Below are positions 11,536 through 22,250 of a stretch of 64,000 bases of DNA, in pieces. Numbering within the stretch: position 1 is the stretch's first letter; every line of letters begins with the position of its first letter. Origin of the DNA: the human T2T-CHM13v2.0 reference genome, Homo sapiens; NCBI RefSeq assembly GCF_009914755.1, contig NC_060927.1, one strand, 5' to 3'. Below the pieces are notes generated by a model, which saw only the letters and a list, made by a program, of their open reading frames with translations, searched no databases and was not told the DNA's origin. Both the position numbers and the translations under genes were made by a program.

Positions 11536-12639
11536 TTGCCCACTTTCTTGGTCCCGTCTTCTCACTTCTCCATGTGTACGTATTACCAGGCTCAATTACT
11601 GGGAGTTCGTCGAACAAGCCATTGTTCCACATGTCCTTTGTATATCCATTCTCTGTATCATTTTTCTTCCCTGTTCACCTGCTGAACTGCACGTTGGTGA
11701 TGATTCTGCACAGATATCACTGCTTTACAGAACCTTCTTCACTTCTGCCTTCTCAGACCCAGATGGCACAGGCAGCAAACAAATGCCTGTAAACAGTCCT
11801 GCTTAACTGTGCTCTAAAGCCCCTCAAAGGCACCCCTGGCGGGGTGTTGCTTCTACCAAGATGGCTGGTTATACACCTTTGCCAGAAGAACTAGGAAGCC
11901 AATGCTCTAGCTTTGTGGCAACACCAACAGGCATGTCATCCTGCTGATTTAAAACTTTTAACATGGCCTGTGAGTACTTTTGGTGGCTCTCCAAAAGACA
12001 GTACATAACTACATTCATGCACCTGTGACCAGGTCACTGGGACAGCATCTTGAGACTGTCCAGTCCCTGATGCCATCCTATTGCTAGTGAGCATCACCAC
12101 TAGAGTGAGCCTGCCTGTCCTGCCCTTCCCATTTCTACGTCCACAGTGTGTACACTGGAACAGACATTGTGACTGATCATCTAGGAAACTGCCTGGTCCT
12201 CAGATATCAGAGCTATCTGCTCCTTGACCACGATCTCTTGTTTGTTGCTCTAGCTCGGGGAGACACCCTCCATGGTCACTGTCATTTGTTTATACCACTA
12301 CTCCCAGACATACCAGCAAAGGATTTGAGAGCAGAGCATCTCTAGCATCTCTGAAACAGATGAATCACTGGAGAAGTTTCAAAATACTGGCATTGATCTG
12401 GTATTAATCAATGCCAGTATTTTGGTTCTTTATGAAAGATGTGAGGGGAATCTGTTGTCTCTTTTGGGACGAGGAGGAGAGAAGAAAAAAGTGTTTGGAA
12501 GCAAGATCTCATTATTTGATGCCTTTTTGGTTTCCTGCATAATTATTTCCTTTTTGTTCTATTAAAAGAATTTGCAAAACATTTTTAAACATGCTGGCTT
12601 GTTGCAGCAATGCTAAGTGAACAAAACATAGCAATTGAA

Positions 12640-12800
12640 ATCAAGTCCAAGTCTTTATGTTTCAAGACATGTAAACCCAAACTCAGTTAAACAATAAAGG
12701 GAAGTTAATGGTTTCTTACCTGAAAAATCTAGAGGCAGGGCTAGCTTTAGGTAAGGCTTTACCTGACTGCGTGGCTATGTCACTAAAAGCTGAGTCTGTG
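12640..12800 (-). mobile_element. Old MLT1 LTR fragment
   Basis: AAACCCAAACTCAGTTAAACAATAAAGGGAAG...GAAAAATCTAGAGGCAGGGCTAGCTTTAGG. Confidence 0.5.
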
Positions 12801-13634
12801 AGGGAGATCCCTGCCCTGGCTGAGCTGTGGAGAAGAGACCACAGTACCACCAGACACAGACTTTGGTGGCCCATAGTAGCAGCATGCCCCATTGTGCCTC
12901 ACTGGGAGTTGGTTCAGGGAGCAGCAGTGGCTAGCCACTTTCTGTTAGACCATGAGAATACAGAGGATGCCATGCGCTTCCCAGGACCTTAGCTTCACCT
13001 CCTGGCTATGACGTCATGGCGGCATAACATCTCACTGGTGGACCCACGGCCCATCTGGGAATAGATGTGGAGCCCTGAAAAATACCATTTATGTGGGCCA
13101 TTCAGGCAGAGACTGAGTTAAATTTTGAAAGGCAGTCTAATTAGTTTGGTTTGGACTATGTTTACAAGATTAAAATAAAATGTGGCTTTTTCTTCTTACC
13201 TATTGGGTCAGGAGCTTATTAATAAGATCAAATCAATCACAAAGAAATTTTTAAAGCCTTCTTTTCATTGCACACCTGACCATAAAATGAGTAAATTTGT
13301 GACTACACTGTTTAAGCTTATTTTGCCATTAATAAATAATGTGTGTTCATTAAGGAGAATGTGCAAAGTTTAAAAATAAAAGGAAAATATCACTTGTTAA
13401 TGACACCTAAACACAATTGGTGTATTTTTATATATTTCCTTCCAGTGTTTTTTCTGTGAGTACATTTTCATTACATAATCAAAATCATATTATAAATGTG
13501 GGATTTTATTTCTTTTTTATTTAATATTATATCAAAGCACTTTTTGACCTCTAGACATATAATGTAAATGAGTGTATATTATTCTATGAATATTTCATTG
13601 CATAATGTCCCAGAACTTACTTAACTGATCTTTT

Positions 13635-13949
13635 GTGTTTTTGTTTTTGTTTTTGTTTTTGTTTTTGAGACACAGTCTCACTCTGTTGTCCATGCTGGAG
13701 TACAGTGGCCCAGTCTTGGCTCACTGCAACCTCCTCCTCCCAGGTTCAAGTGATACTCGTGCCTCAGCCTCTAGAGGAGCTGGGACTACAGGCATGTGCC
13801 ACCACGCCAAGCTAATTTTTTTTTTTTAAATGGTAGAGACAGGGTTTCACCATGTTGGCCAGGCTGGTCTCCAACTCCTGGCCTCAAGTGATCCACCTGC
13901 CTCGGCCTCCCAAAGTGGTAGAATTACAGGCGTGAGCCACTGCGCCCAC
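13635..13949 (-). mobile_element. AluS (Sx/Sz-like) with (TTTTTG)n tail
   Basis: Full dimer; 17-bp TSD TACTTAACTGATCTTTT at 13618-13634 and 13950-13966. Confidence 0.93.
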
Positions 13950-14530
13950 TACTTAACTGATCTTTTAATACTGTATCATATTCATTAAAGAAGAGGAAAA
14001 AGTAAAAAATATGTTTAGGGTGAAACATATACTGTATCTAAAAAGGACAGAATAATTTTGGTTACTTTTTATCCCATACAGATCCTTTCCCTAAATTATA
14101 CCAAATTTATAATGAATCAAGTTGCAATATTGGCCCAAAGCACCTAATGAGCTCTAGAAGTAAAAAGTATTACATGCTTCAGCAACCCAGACCTTATCCA
14201 TCTGACCAGTTTTGACAAAGTCAGATCAAATGGGTAAGGGGAGAGTTAGCTAAATGAGGGAAATATCATTATCCAGCTTACACAACCATGGATGTTCCAC
14301 TCATTCTTATATCCAGCTTCCTGGGCATCAGTGGACTGAATGTCAGCTCAGCTTTGGTTGTGTAAAACTGGCCAGGTCAGTACTATAACCTTTCAGACTA
14401 ACAAACCCAGTAAGGGTTTGGAAAGACTGAAGAATGCTGGAACATTCTCTCTTTATTTTTTATTTTTCATCTTAAAGTACATACAGTCTACCCAGATTGC
14501 TTCCATAAGGGAATTCCATAAGGAGATTAT

Positions 14531-14562
14531 ACACATACACACACACACACAAACACACACAC
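14531..14562. repeat. Imperfect (CA)n microsatellite
   Basis: Directly visible. Confidence 0.9.
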
Positions 14563-15579
14563 TCAGTTACAAAATGAATAACATTTCTTAATTTCTTATA
14601 TAACATCAACTCTTTCAATCTGTACTAGCATCAAATTTCTTGGCTAATTTTCCCCACCAGACATGAAACTGAGTGGAGAAAAGAGAACATTTTCTATTTT
14701 TTTGGTCTTAAATGACCTAGACTCTGCATCTCACTCTGCTCTGCATAATTAGCCACACAAATGGGCATATGAAAAATAAAATTGCAAAAGCAAAGAATAG
14801 GAATATATTATTTAATTTCTGGTCATGTGTGTACATTTAATTGCGCATACAAGAAGATAATCATTATAAAGTACAACTTGTACAGTATGTCCTTAAAACT
14901 TTTTTCTAGTAACATAGCCTATATGTTGTATACAAGCTAAATTAAAGTATTTCTTGTTTCAGTACTGACTACTATAAAATTTATTTATTCCAATTCAGGA
15001 AAGGATTTCAAAATGGAAGTGTCGAAAAAATGCCCACATTTTCCTATAGGTCAATTCTGATCCAGTATGCTGTGTTCAGTTATAACTGGAGCTGTACTTT
15101 GGTCTTAATAAGGTCAGCAAAGACAGAATTCTATACATCTTAATGAAATCTCCTGCGAGTGGATTCAGTATATAGGATGGTGCTTCTAAATATTTTACAT
15201 GTAGCTTTCCAGTAATGGTGTTCATTCTGTCAATCAATATCAAGTTAACCTCAAAATTACTGAAAATCTGGAATAAGATATAAAATATTGAATTACTCAT
15301 TTTTAATAGCATAGGTAATAAATGTATGTTGCTCTGGAGAAGTAACTGTTGATTTTTTTCATGTAAAATTTATGAGACATTTTGAAATAGTGGGGAAAGT
15401 TCAGTCCTCTCCTCCGTACTGGAGGATAAGTTCAGTGGGAACAACCAGAAGCCCTCATGCATGAGACATTGGTGTGTTGTATTCTGGAGGCATGGTCCAC
15501 CCATTTCTTGTATTGCAGAGGCTACTCAGTCCCAATTCAACTTGAGGAAATTCTATTCAATGTAATGTTGTTTAACACT

Positions 15580-16460
15580 TCAATTTAATAAACATTTAAT
15601 GAGCAAAGCACAATGCTAGGTGTATTAAGAAGAGATTCCTTAGTTGCAAGGAATGACAGTTCTAGCATCAGTTTGCTTATGTGAAGGGCAATGGTACAGA
15701 GAAGTCTCATTGAACCTATGGCAGGAAGACAGGCAGGCCTCATGGGAACTGGAGAGCTGTCAAACATTCTCTTCCTTCCTGTCCCCTGACCTACACAGCC
15801 TCTTCTTCTGCTTCTGTTATTCTCTTTGACTACATGGCATTTGATCTGCCATATTTCTGCTTCATTCTGCTTTCTGTAAGCCTCCTCCTCTGCTCTTTTA
15901 CCAAATCTGGCTCCTAGGTTTCAGTCTTATAGAAGGAACCTGTGAGTGTGTGTGTGTGTGTGTGTGTGTATACACATATATAATTTTTTACTTGCTGATG
16001 TTTTCTTGTGAAAAACATAATTTTAGCACAAGACAGATTGTGACAACAGGTACAAAAAATAAGTGCTACTGGAGTATGGAGGAGGGATAGATTGAGGTAA
16101 GGGTCTAGGAAAACTTCTGTGGTTGGAAGATACTCAAAATGTCAGAAATACTTTGAATGGTGGCCTACAGATGAGTGTAGAATGAAGTCCAATGTTTATG
16201 GCGACTAGGGATCATACGTGTTACAAAGATAGGTATGACTTGAGAGGCAGCTTCTTCAACAATGGAAAATCATCAGAGGTTTTTAATGAGGTGAGTCACA
16301 TGATCAAATCTGTGCTTCATGAAGATGCTTAGGGCATTCTAGTTGGATGAATTGGATGTGGTGAAGGGGCTGGAGCTCCTATCCTCCTTCAGAAGCAAGG
16401 CAGATCAGTGAATCCGCATAAGGGTATTAATGGTCTGAATTAGGAGAAAAGCCATGAAAA
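15580..16460 (-). mobile_element. L2 remnants (interrupted by other sequence)
   Basis: AATAAACATTTAATGAGC (antisense L2 3' end) and AAAATCATCAGAGGTTTTTAATGAGGTGAGTCACATGATCAAATCTGTG. Confidence 0.55.
15946..15969. repeat. (GT)12 microsatellite
   Basis: Directly visible. Confidence 0.9.
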
Positions 16461-16677
16461 TGAGTGGACACAAATAACCATTATATTTAACAAAGATAGT
16501 ATAGCTTTGCTGTGGAATGTGTGAATAATAATCAGAGTTTAAAATGTTGGCAAAATGTTAAATACTTCTAGTAAAATGCAGCATGGTTTTTAAATAGTTA
16601 ATTTTAAATAGTTAATTTTTAAGTGGAGGAAGGAGGAAGAATATGAAGATGGGGAAGTGTTAAGTTTGTTATTTTTA

Positions 16678-17212
16678 AAAATTTTTATTTTACTTTAAGT
16701 TCCGGGATACATGTGGCAGAACATGCAGGTTTGTTACATAGGTGAGCATGTACTATGGTGGTTTGCTGCACCTATCAACCTGTCACCTAGGTATTAAGCC
16801 CTACATGCATTCTGACGCTCTCCCTCCCCTCACCCCACCAACAAGCCCTGGTATGTGTTGTTCCCCTCCCTGTGTCCATGTGATCTCATTGTTCAGCTCC
16901 CACTTATGAGTGAGAACATGCAGTATTTGGTTTTCTGTTCCTGTGTTAGTTTGCTGAGGATGATGGCTTCCAGCTTCATGTCTCTGCAAAGGATATGATC
17001 CCATTCCTTTTTACGGCTCCATAGTATTCTATGGTGTATATGTACCACATTTTATTTATCCAGTCTATCATTGATAGGCATTTGGGTTGGTTCCATGTCT
17101 TTGCCTTTGCTATTGTGAATAGTGCTGCAATAAACATACATGTGCATGTATCTTTATAATAGAATGATTTATATTCCTTTGGGTGTATACCCAGTAATGG
17201 GATTGCTGGGTC
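16678..17212 (-). mobile_element. 5'-truncated L1PA (about L1PA8-10) 3' end
   Basis: ORF2 C-terminus [36 protein letters not shown] plus 3' UTR; TSD AAGTT(T/G)GTTATTTTTA at 16662-16677 and 17213-17228. Confidence 0.92.
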
Positions 17213-18532
17213 AAGTTGGTTATTTTTAGTTTTTAAAAAAATGCTTTCTGTCAGCTCTGGAGGGCTGCTAGCCCACAGTCCAATAGTTAGGATGGATTCC
17301 TCTGCTAGGTCCAAGCTGTGTGTGATGGGGTGACACGGCTGGTCCCTCAGAGCAGGATGAGGAACAGTCCACTTAGGGATAGAGTTGGTGTGCAAAAAGA
17401 GGTGCTGTGTGGGTCCAGTGTAAGAGAAACAAATCTGAAATCTAGCATTGAAATGCTATTAAAAGAAGAGGCCCCATGGACTACTGTTTGGAAAATTCCA
17501 TAAAACAATAGGGTCCCAGTTCTCTAGAAGATGGTGAAGACAGAAATTGGACTCAAGGGATGCTGAAAGGGGATTATGATATAGAGAAAGACAGTCCTAT
17601 AAATCTGGAAATTGTTTTGTACAATTGTCATCTCCTGGATGATCTGGTCATGACCATCAGCCCCATTCACAGTCATGGAATATGTTCTTAGTGAGCCGTT
17701 ACCAATTGCAAAGCACTGTTACAAACACCAAGGGGCCTACCATGCCACTGAAGGAGAAGGAGCTAACATTTTTTGAGGATCTCCTATATTCAAGGTACAT
17801 TACTAGAGACCATGCAAATGTTATTTGATTTAATTTTTTTTAACATCTACAACTTTTTAAGCTTGGTCACAATTAGTAGGACTTTTTCTCTGTCCAAGCA
17901 CAGTATTGGCCACTTCCTTACTTTGTGACTCTTGAATAAATTGTTTTTCCCCAGACACACAAAGGGGGCAACTACTTTCCTCCAGAGGTCAATAGTTGAG
18001 ATGAGGGACTTGCTCTGTTGGCAAATCTGAAATCTCACCCAGCCAAGCTTCTGACTCATCTTTCCTGTCCTCAGTGCCTCCTGATCTGTGAGCTCTTGGT
18101 TCTGGCCCATCCCCAGGCCAGTGAGCTCACTCTAAACTGTTGCTGCTGCTTCTCCTCAGATAGCTACGTCCTTCTAACCGGAGCCTACAATCTATTTGGG
18201 GAGCTTTGGCTTCTAAAACTTCCCCTTCCAATGCATGGGAAGCACTTTTCATCACAAAAGACAATAATTTTGAAAAAACTAATAAATAAATAAATAAATA
18301 AATCCTCTGAAACACAGAATTTAAAAATGAAAAAATTTGTCTACTTTGGGTAAATGCTTCTTTACCATTAAGAGAGATTGTGTCTTAGATCTCCTAAGGT
18401 TAACACAAAAGATTATAAAAACTATTAAGGATTTGGAGTCATTATGTTCATTACTGTTTTTTAAAATTACATTTTAATTTTAGCATTGAATGCTTTGCTG
18501 CTATGAAAGATAATAGGATTAATACTGGGAGG

Positions 18533-18625
18533 TAGGGTGACCAACAATCCCAGTTTGCCTAGGAGTGAGGAGTACCTTGGGATTTGGGAATTTTTGCACT
18601 AAAACCAGTACAGTTGGTCCCCCTA
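18533..18625 (+). mobile_element. MER81-like hAT non-autonomous DNA transposon
   Basis: Terminal inverted repeats TAGGGTGACCAAC ... GTTGGTCCCCCTA. Confidence 0.75.
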
Positions 18626-18634
18626 GTGGAAAGC

Positions 18635-18855
18635 ATCTTGGTATAGTTGCTAAGACTGTAGATTCTAACACCTTCATTTAAGGCTTTGCTCTTCAATGTA
18701 CTACCTATTTATCATAAGCAATGTACTACCTATTTATTACAAGCAAATTACCTATTTTTATGTCTCTATTTTCTCTTCTGTAAAATGAGGATAAAACAGT
18801 AACTACCCCCAAAGAGTTGTTGTGAAATTGAATGAGTTACTATATGGAAATGTAG
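18635..18855 (+). mobile_element. MIR with internal 25-bp tandem duplication
   Basis: MIR core CTCTATTTTCTCTTCTGTAAAATGAGGATAAAA...GTTGTGAAATTGAATGAG; CAATGTACTACCTATTTAT repeated at 18694 and 18719. Confidence 0.7.
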
Positions 18856-19232
18856 TGTGGCAGGACCCCACCAGGTTAGTTAAAGGTTTATGTCTACTGC
18901 TTGAATCCTGAAGGCTAGGCAATGAGCCAAGGTCTTGGTGCTCAGCAGAAGGGCAGGTGTCCTTGAGAACCCAAACATCCTGGAGCATAGCTGGAAACAT
19001 AATAGTGGACAAAGAGCCAGAAAATTAACTTAAAAGCAGTTTAGAGAAGAGCAGTGGGGTAGATCTTGTAGTTGTCCTGCTGCTGCCCAGGAATGCCCTG
19101 TGTGTAAGTCCTGATTAACTCATCTGCTTACCAAGCCGGACTTGTCCAAGTCATTCTTTGGTCTCTCAACTATTTCCCACCACCCCACCCCACCCCACCC
19201 CACCCCTCCCACCCCAGGTTTTTCTTGTAACA
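18856..19232 (+). mobile_element. ERVL solo LTR, LTR47-like
   Basis: TG...CA termini; TGTGGCAGGACCCCACCAGGTTA...TGAATCCTGAAGGCT...GAGCCAAGG resembles recalled LTR47. Confidence 0.65.
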
Positions 19233-19429
19233 CAACAGTACCGACAATGTAATGAACACCAAATAAATGCCAGCTGTCATTGCTAAGTCCTACCCCTTTT
19301 CCCTGATTGTATTTGTTTATATATTTTTTTACTACCCCAGCTTTTGATCCTTCATTTTACATTTACATAGATTCATTGTTTACTACTTGCCCTTCAACTA
19401 TGTCTTTTCCAATACTGAGTTTTCCAATC

Positions 19430-19933
19430 TTTAAAAAAAAGTTTAAAAGTTGCTACATAATATTTTGCATATTTATAGGGTAATAAGATAATATGTGATA
19501 TTTTGTTATATATATAGAATGTGTAATGATCAAGTCAGGGTATTTATTTGACATGTCTATCACTTTGAGTATTTATCATTTCTATGTGTTGGGAACAATT
19601 CAAGTCCTCTCTTCCAGCTACTTTGAAATACAGAATATATTGTTGTTAACTGTAGTCACTCTACTCTACTGTTGACAATGGAACTTAAACTTTTTATTGG
19701 TGTGTTTGTAACCATTAACCCACCTCTCTTCATTCCCCTTCCCACCCACCCACTTTTCCCAGCCTCTAGCATCTATCATATGAGATCAACTTTTTTTATG
19801 AGATCAACTTTTTTTATGAGATCAACTTTTTTTAGCTCCCATATATGAGTGAGAACATGCAATATTTGTCTTTCTGTGTCTGGCTTATTTCACTTATAAT
19901 AATCTCCAGTTCCATCCATGTTGCCGCAAATGA
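19430..19933 (-). mobile_element. L1MA 3' fragment
   Basis: GTGTAATGATCAAGTCAGGGTA...GCTCCCATATATGAGTGAGAACATGCAATATTTGTCTTTCTGTGTCTGGCTTATTTCACTTA. Confidence 0.85.
19780..19833. repeat. Perfect 18-bp tandem triplication
   Basis: ATGAGATCAACTTTTTTT x3. Confidence 0.95.
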
Positions 19934-20014
19934 GTTTTAAAATCTTGATTCATTTCTTGGCTGGCTGAGTTTTATAATCAATTAAACTTTTCACAGAGAG
20001 CTCATAGGTGCTTC

Positions 20015-20701
20015 TATTAGTGTGCTGTAGCTGCTATTTTAAAAATGCCATCAGGCGCGGTGGCTCACACCAGTAATCCCAGCACTCTGGGAAGCCATAG
20101 GTGGGCGGATCACCTGAGGTTAGGAGTTCAAGACCAGGCTGACCAACATGGTGAAACCCTTTCTCTACAAAAAATACAAAAATTGCCTGGGCTTGATGGC
20201 GGGTGCCTCTAATTCCAGCTACTCGGGAGGCTGAGGCAGGAGAGTTGCTTGAACGTGGGAGAATCGCTTGAATGCAGGAGGCAGAGGTTGCAGTGAGCCG
20301 AGGTCGCGCCATTGCAGTGACAGTGCGAGACTCCATCTAAGAAACAAAAACAAAAAAAGATTGGGTGGTTTAACAAAATTACTTTTCTGTTTTGGAGGCC
20401 AGAACTCGAGACCAACATGCCATAGAGTTGGGTTTCTGGAGAGGGCTCTCCTTCCGGCTTGAAGATGGCCACCTTCCTGTTATGTCCTCATATGGCCTTT
20501 CCTCTATGCCTCTGTGGAGAGAACACGTTCTGGTGTCTCTTCCTTTTCTTATAAGAACATTTATTCTATTGTATTAATCTCTCCTTTTGACCTCATTTAA
20601 CCTTAATTACCTCCATAAAGGCCCTACCTCCAAATATAGTCACATTTCGGGTTAGGAGTTCAACATACAAATTTTGGGGAGACATAATCCAATTAATAAT
20701 A
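20015..20701 (-). mobile_element. MLT1B-like LTR (split by Alu)
   Basis: GACCTCATTTAACCTTAATTACCTCCATAAAGGCCCTACCTCCAAATATAGTCACAT...CAACATACAAATTTTGGGGAGACA. Confidence 0.75.
20052..20359 (+). mobile_element. AluSx-like with internal duplication and deletion
   Basis: Dimer with GGATCACCTGAGGT; GGAGA..GCTTGAA duplicated around 20239-20271; CTCCAGCCTGG missing before GTGACAG. Confidence 0.9.
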
Positions 20702-20704
20702 TTG

Positions 20705-21400
20705 CTATATTTTATGAGTTCTCTAGTTTTTGAAAATGCCTGCTGCTTGACTTTATGACTGAATAATATCTTGCAGGCATATAATATTCTTGGATCCCTC
20801 TTTTTTTCAGCATTTGATGGATAGTGCTCCATTCATTTCTGTCATTGATGTTTTTCATGTCAAAGTCTGAGGCCATCCTGACTTTTTCTCTTATAAATGA
20901 CTTGTTTTGCTTGAATTCCTGAATTCTTTTTAAATTTTTTCTTAGAATTTTTCTTTTTTTTCAGAGACAAGGTCTCACCTGGTTACTCAGGTGCAGTGGC
21001 ATGATCATAGCTCACTGCAGCCTTAACCTCCTGGTCCCAAGTGATCCTCCTGCCTCAGTCTCCTGAGTAGCTAGGACTGCAGGCAAGCAACACCACACCT
21101 GGCAATTTTTTTAATTTTTGTAGTTCAATAACTTCACCACATTGTATCTTGACCTATGTCTTTGTTTTCTTATATAGAATGTATTCTATCAAACTACAGA
21201 TTCAGGTTTTATGTTTTAGTAACATTTTACTTTCTTTTATTTCAAAATACTTTTCCTGTTCTGTTTGTTGACTTTTACCTCAGGGACATCAATTATTCTT
21301 ATGTTGGGTCACCTTTGTTCTTCATTTTATCATGTTCTCTAAAATTGCTTTCATCCCTTTTCTTTTCTTTTCTTTCTTTTCTGCATCCAGCATTATATCC
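20705..21400 (-). mobile_element. Ancient L1M/HAL1-like remnant
   Basis: T-rich antisense ORF1-type motifs (GCAGGCATATAATATTCTTGGATC, AAGTCTGAGGCCATCCTGA). Confidence 0.45.
20951..21123 (-). mobile_element. Alu right arm (AluJ/FRAM-like)
   Basis: GCAGTGGCATGATCATAGCTCACTGCAGCC...CACCACACCTGGC. Confidence 0.85.
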
Positions 21401-21489
21401 TTATAATTTTATTATTATATTTTTATATATCCTTATAATTTTATAATTATTATAATAATCTTTCTTTCACCTCACCTAGCAGAGAGTAG

Positions 21490-22250
21490 TAGTTGCATAC
21501 CTGATAATAATTTCTCTCTTCTTCCTTACTAGTAGAACTCCATTTTTTTAGAGAGACAGGTTCTCTCTCTGTTATCCAGGCTGCGGCGCAGTGGCATAAT
21601 CATAGCTCACTGTAGCTTCAAACTCCTAGTTAGTCTCAAGCAATCCTCCCACTTCAGCCTCCCAAGTAGCTAGGACTACAAGGTGCACACCATCATAGCC
21701 AGCTAATTTCAAAATTTCTTTTGTAGAGACAGGGTCTCGCTATGTTGCCTGGGCTGGTCTTGAACTCTTGGCCACAAGCAGTCCTACTGCTTCAGCCTCC
21801 CAAAGTGTTGTGATCACAAGCAGGAACCACCATGCCCAGCCTCATTTTGTTTTTTTATGGCAATGTATATCTTAAAAAGTTGATTTCTTGGTCTCTCTTG
21901 CAGCTGAAGTTGGGCATATGACCCAACTCTGGACAATGAGATTAGGTCTAATGTGTGAGATATTTAGGAGAGCTTTCTAAAAGAGATTCAACTCAGTTGG
22001 CACATGCCTTTTACATTTCTTCTTTCTCATTATGCCTTCTTGAAATATAGACACAAAGTGAAAGAAGGAGCAGCCCTCTTGGTATCATGAAGTGTTCATA
22101 AGGATAAAGACTACACACTAGAGATGTTAGAGCAGAAAGCTAACTGGATCTTTGATAGCTCCTTTAAAGAATTGAGAAAAATAACTCACAATTGGTTTAA
22201 ATAATTTAGTTTGGTTTCCTGTTACAATTGAAAATAATTCCTATTAATAC
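21490..22250 (+). mobile_element. Old MLT1 LTR (split by AluJ)
   Basis: TCTCTTGCAGCTGAAGTTGGGCATATGACCCAACTCTGGACAATGAGAT...TTCCTGTTAC...TAATAC. Confidence 0.6.
21543..21841 (-). mobile_element. AluJ
   Basis: Full dimer with GGGTCTCGCTATGTTGCC and ATCATAGCTCACTGTAGC. Confidence 0.9.

Noticed and set aside
12438-12454. Resemblance to the 7SK 5' end (GATGTGAGGG..ATCTG)
   Set aside because: Only about 17 nt with mismatches, no extension and no TSD.
13045-13068. About 20-nt similarity (minus strand CATCTATTCCCAGATGG) to 54113-54135
   Set aside because: Short, gapped and does not extend; consistent with chance.
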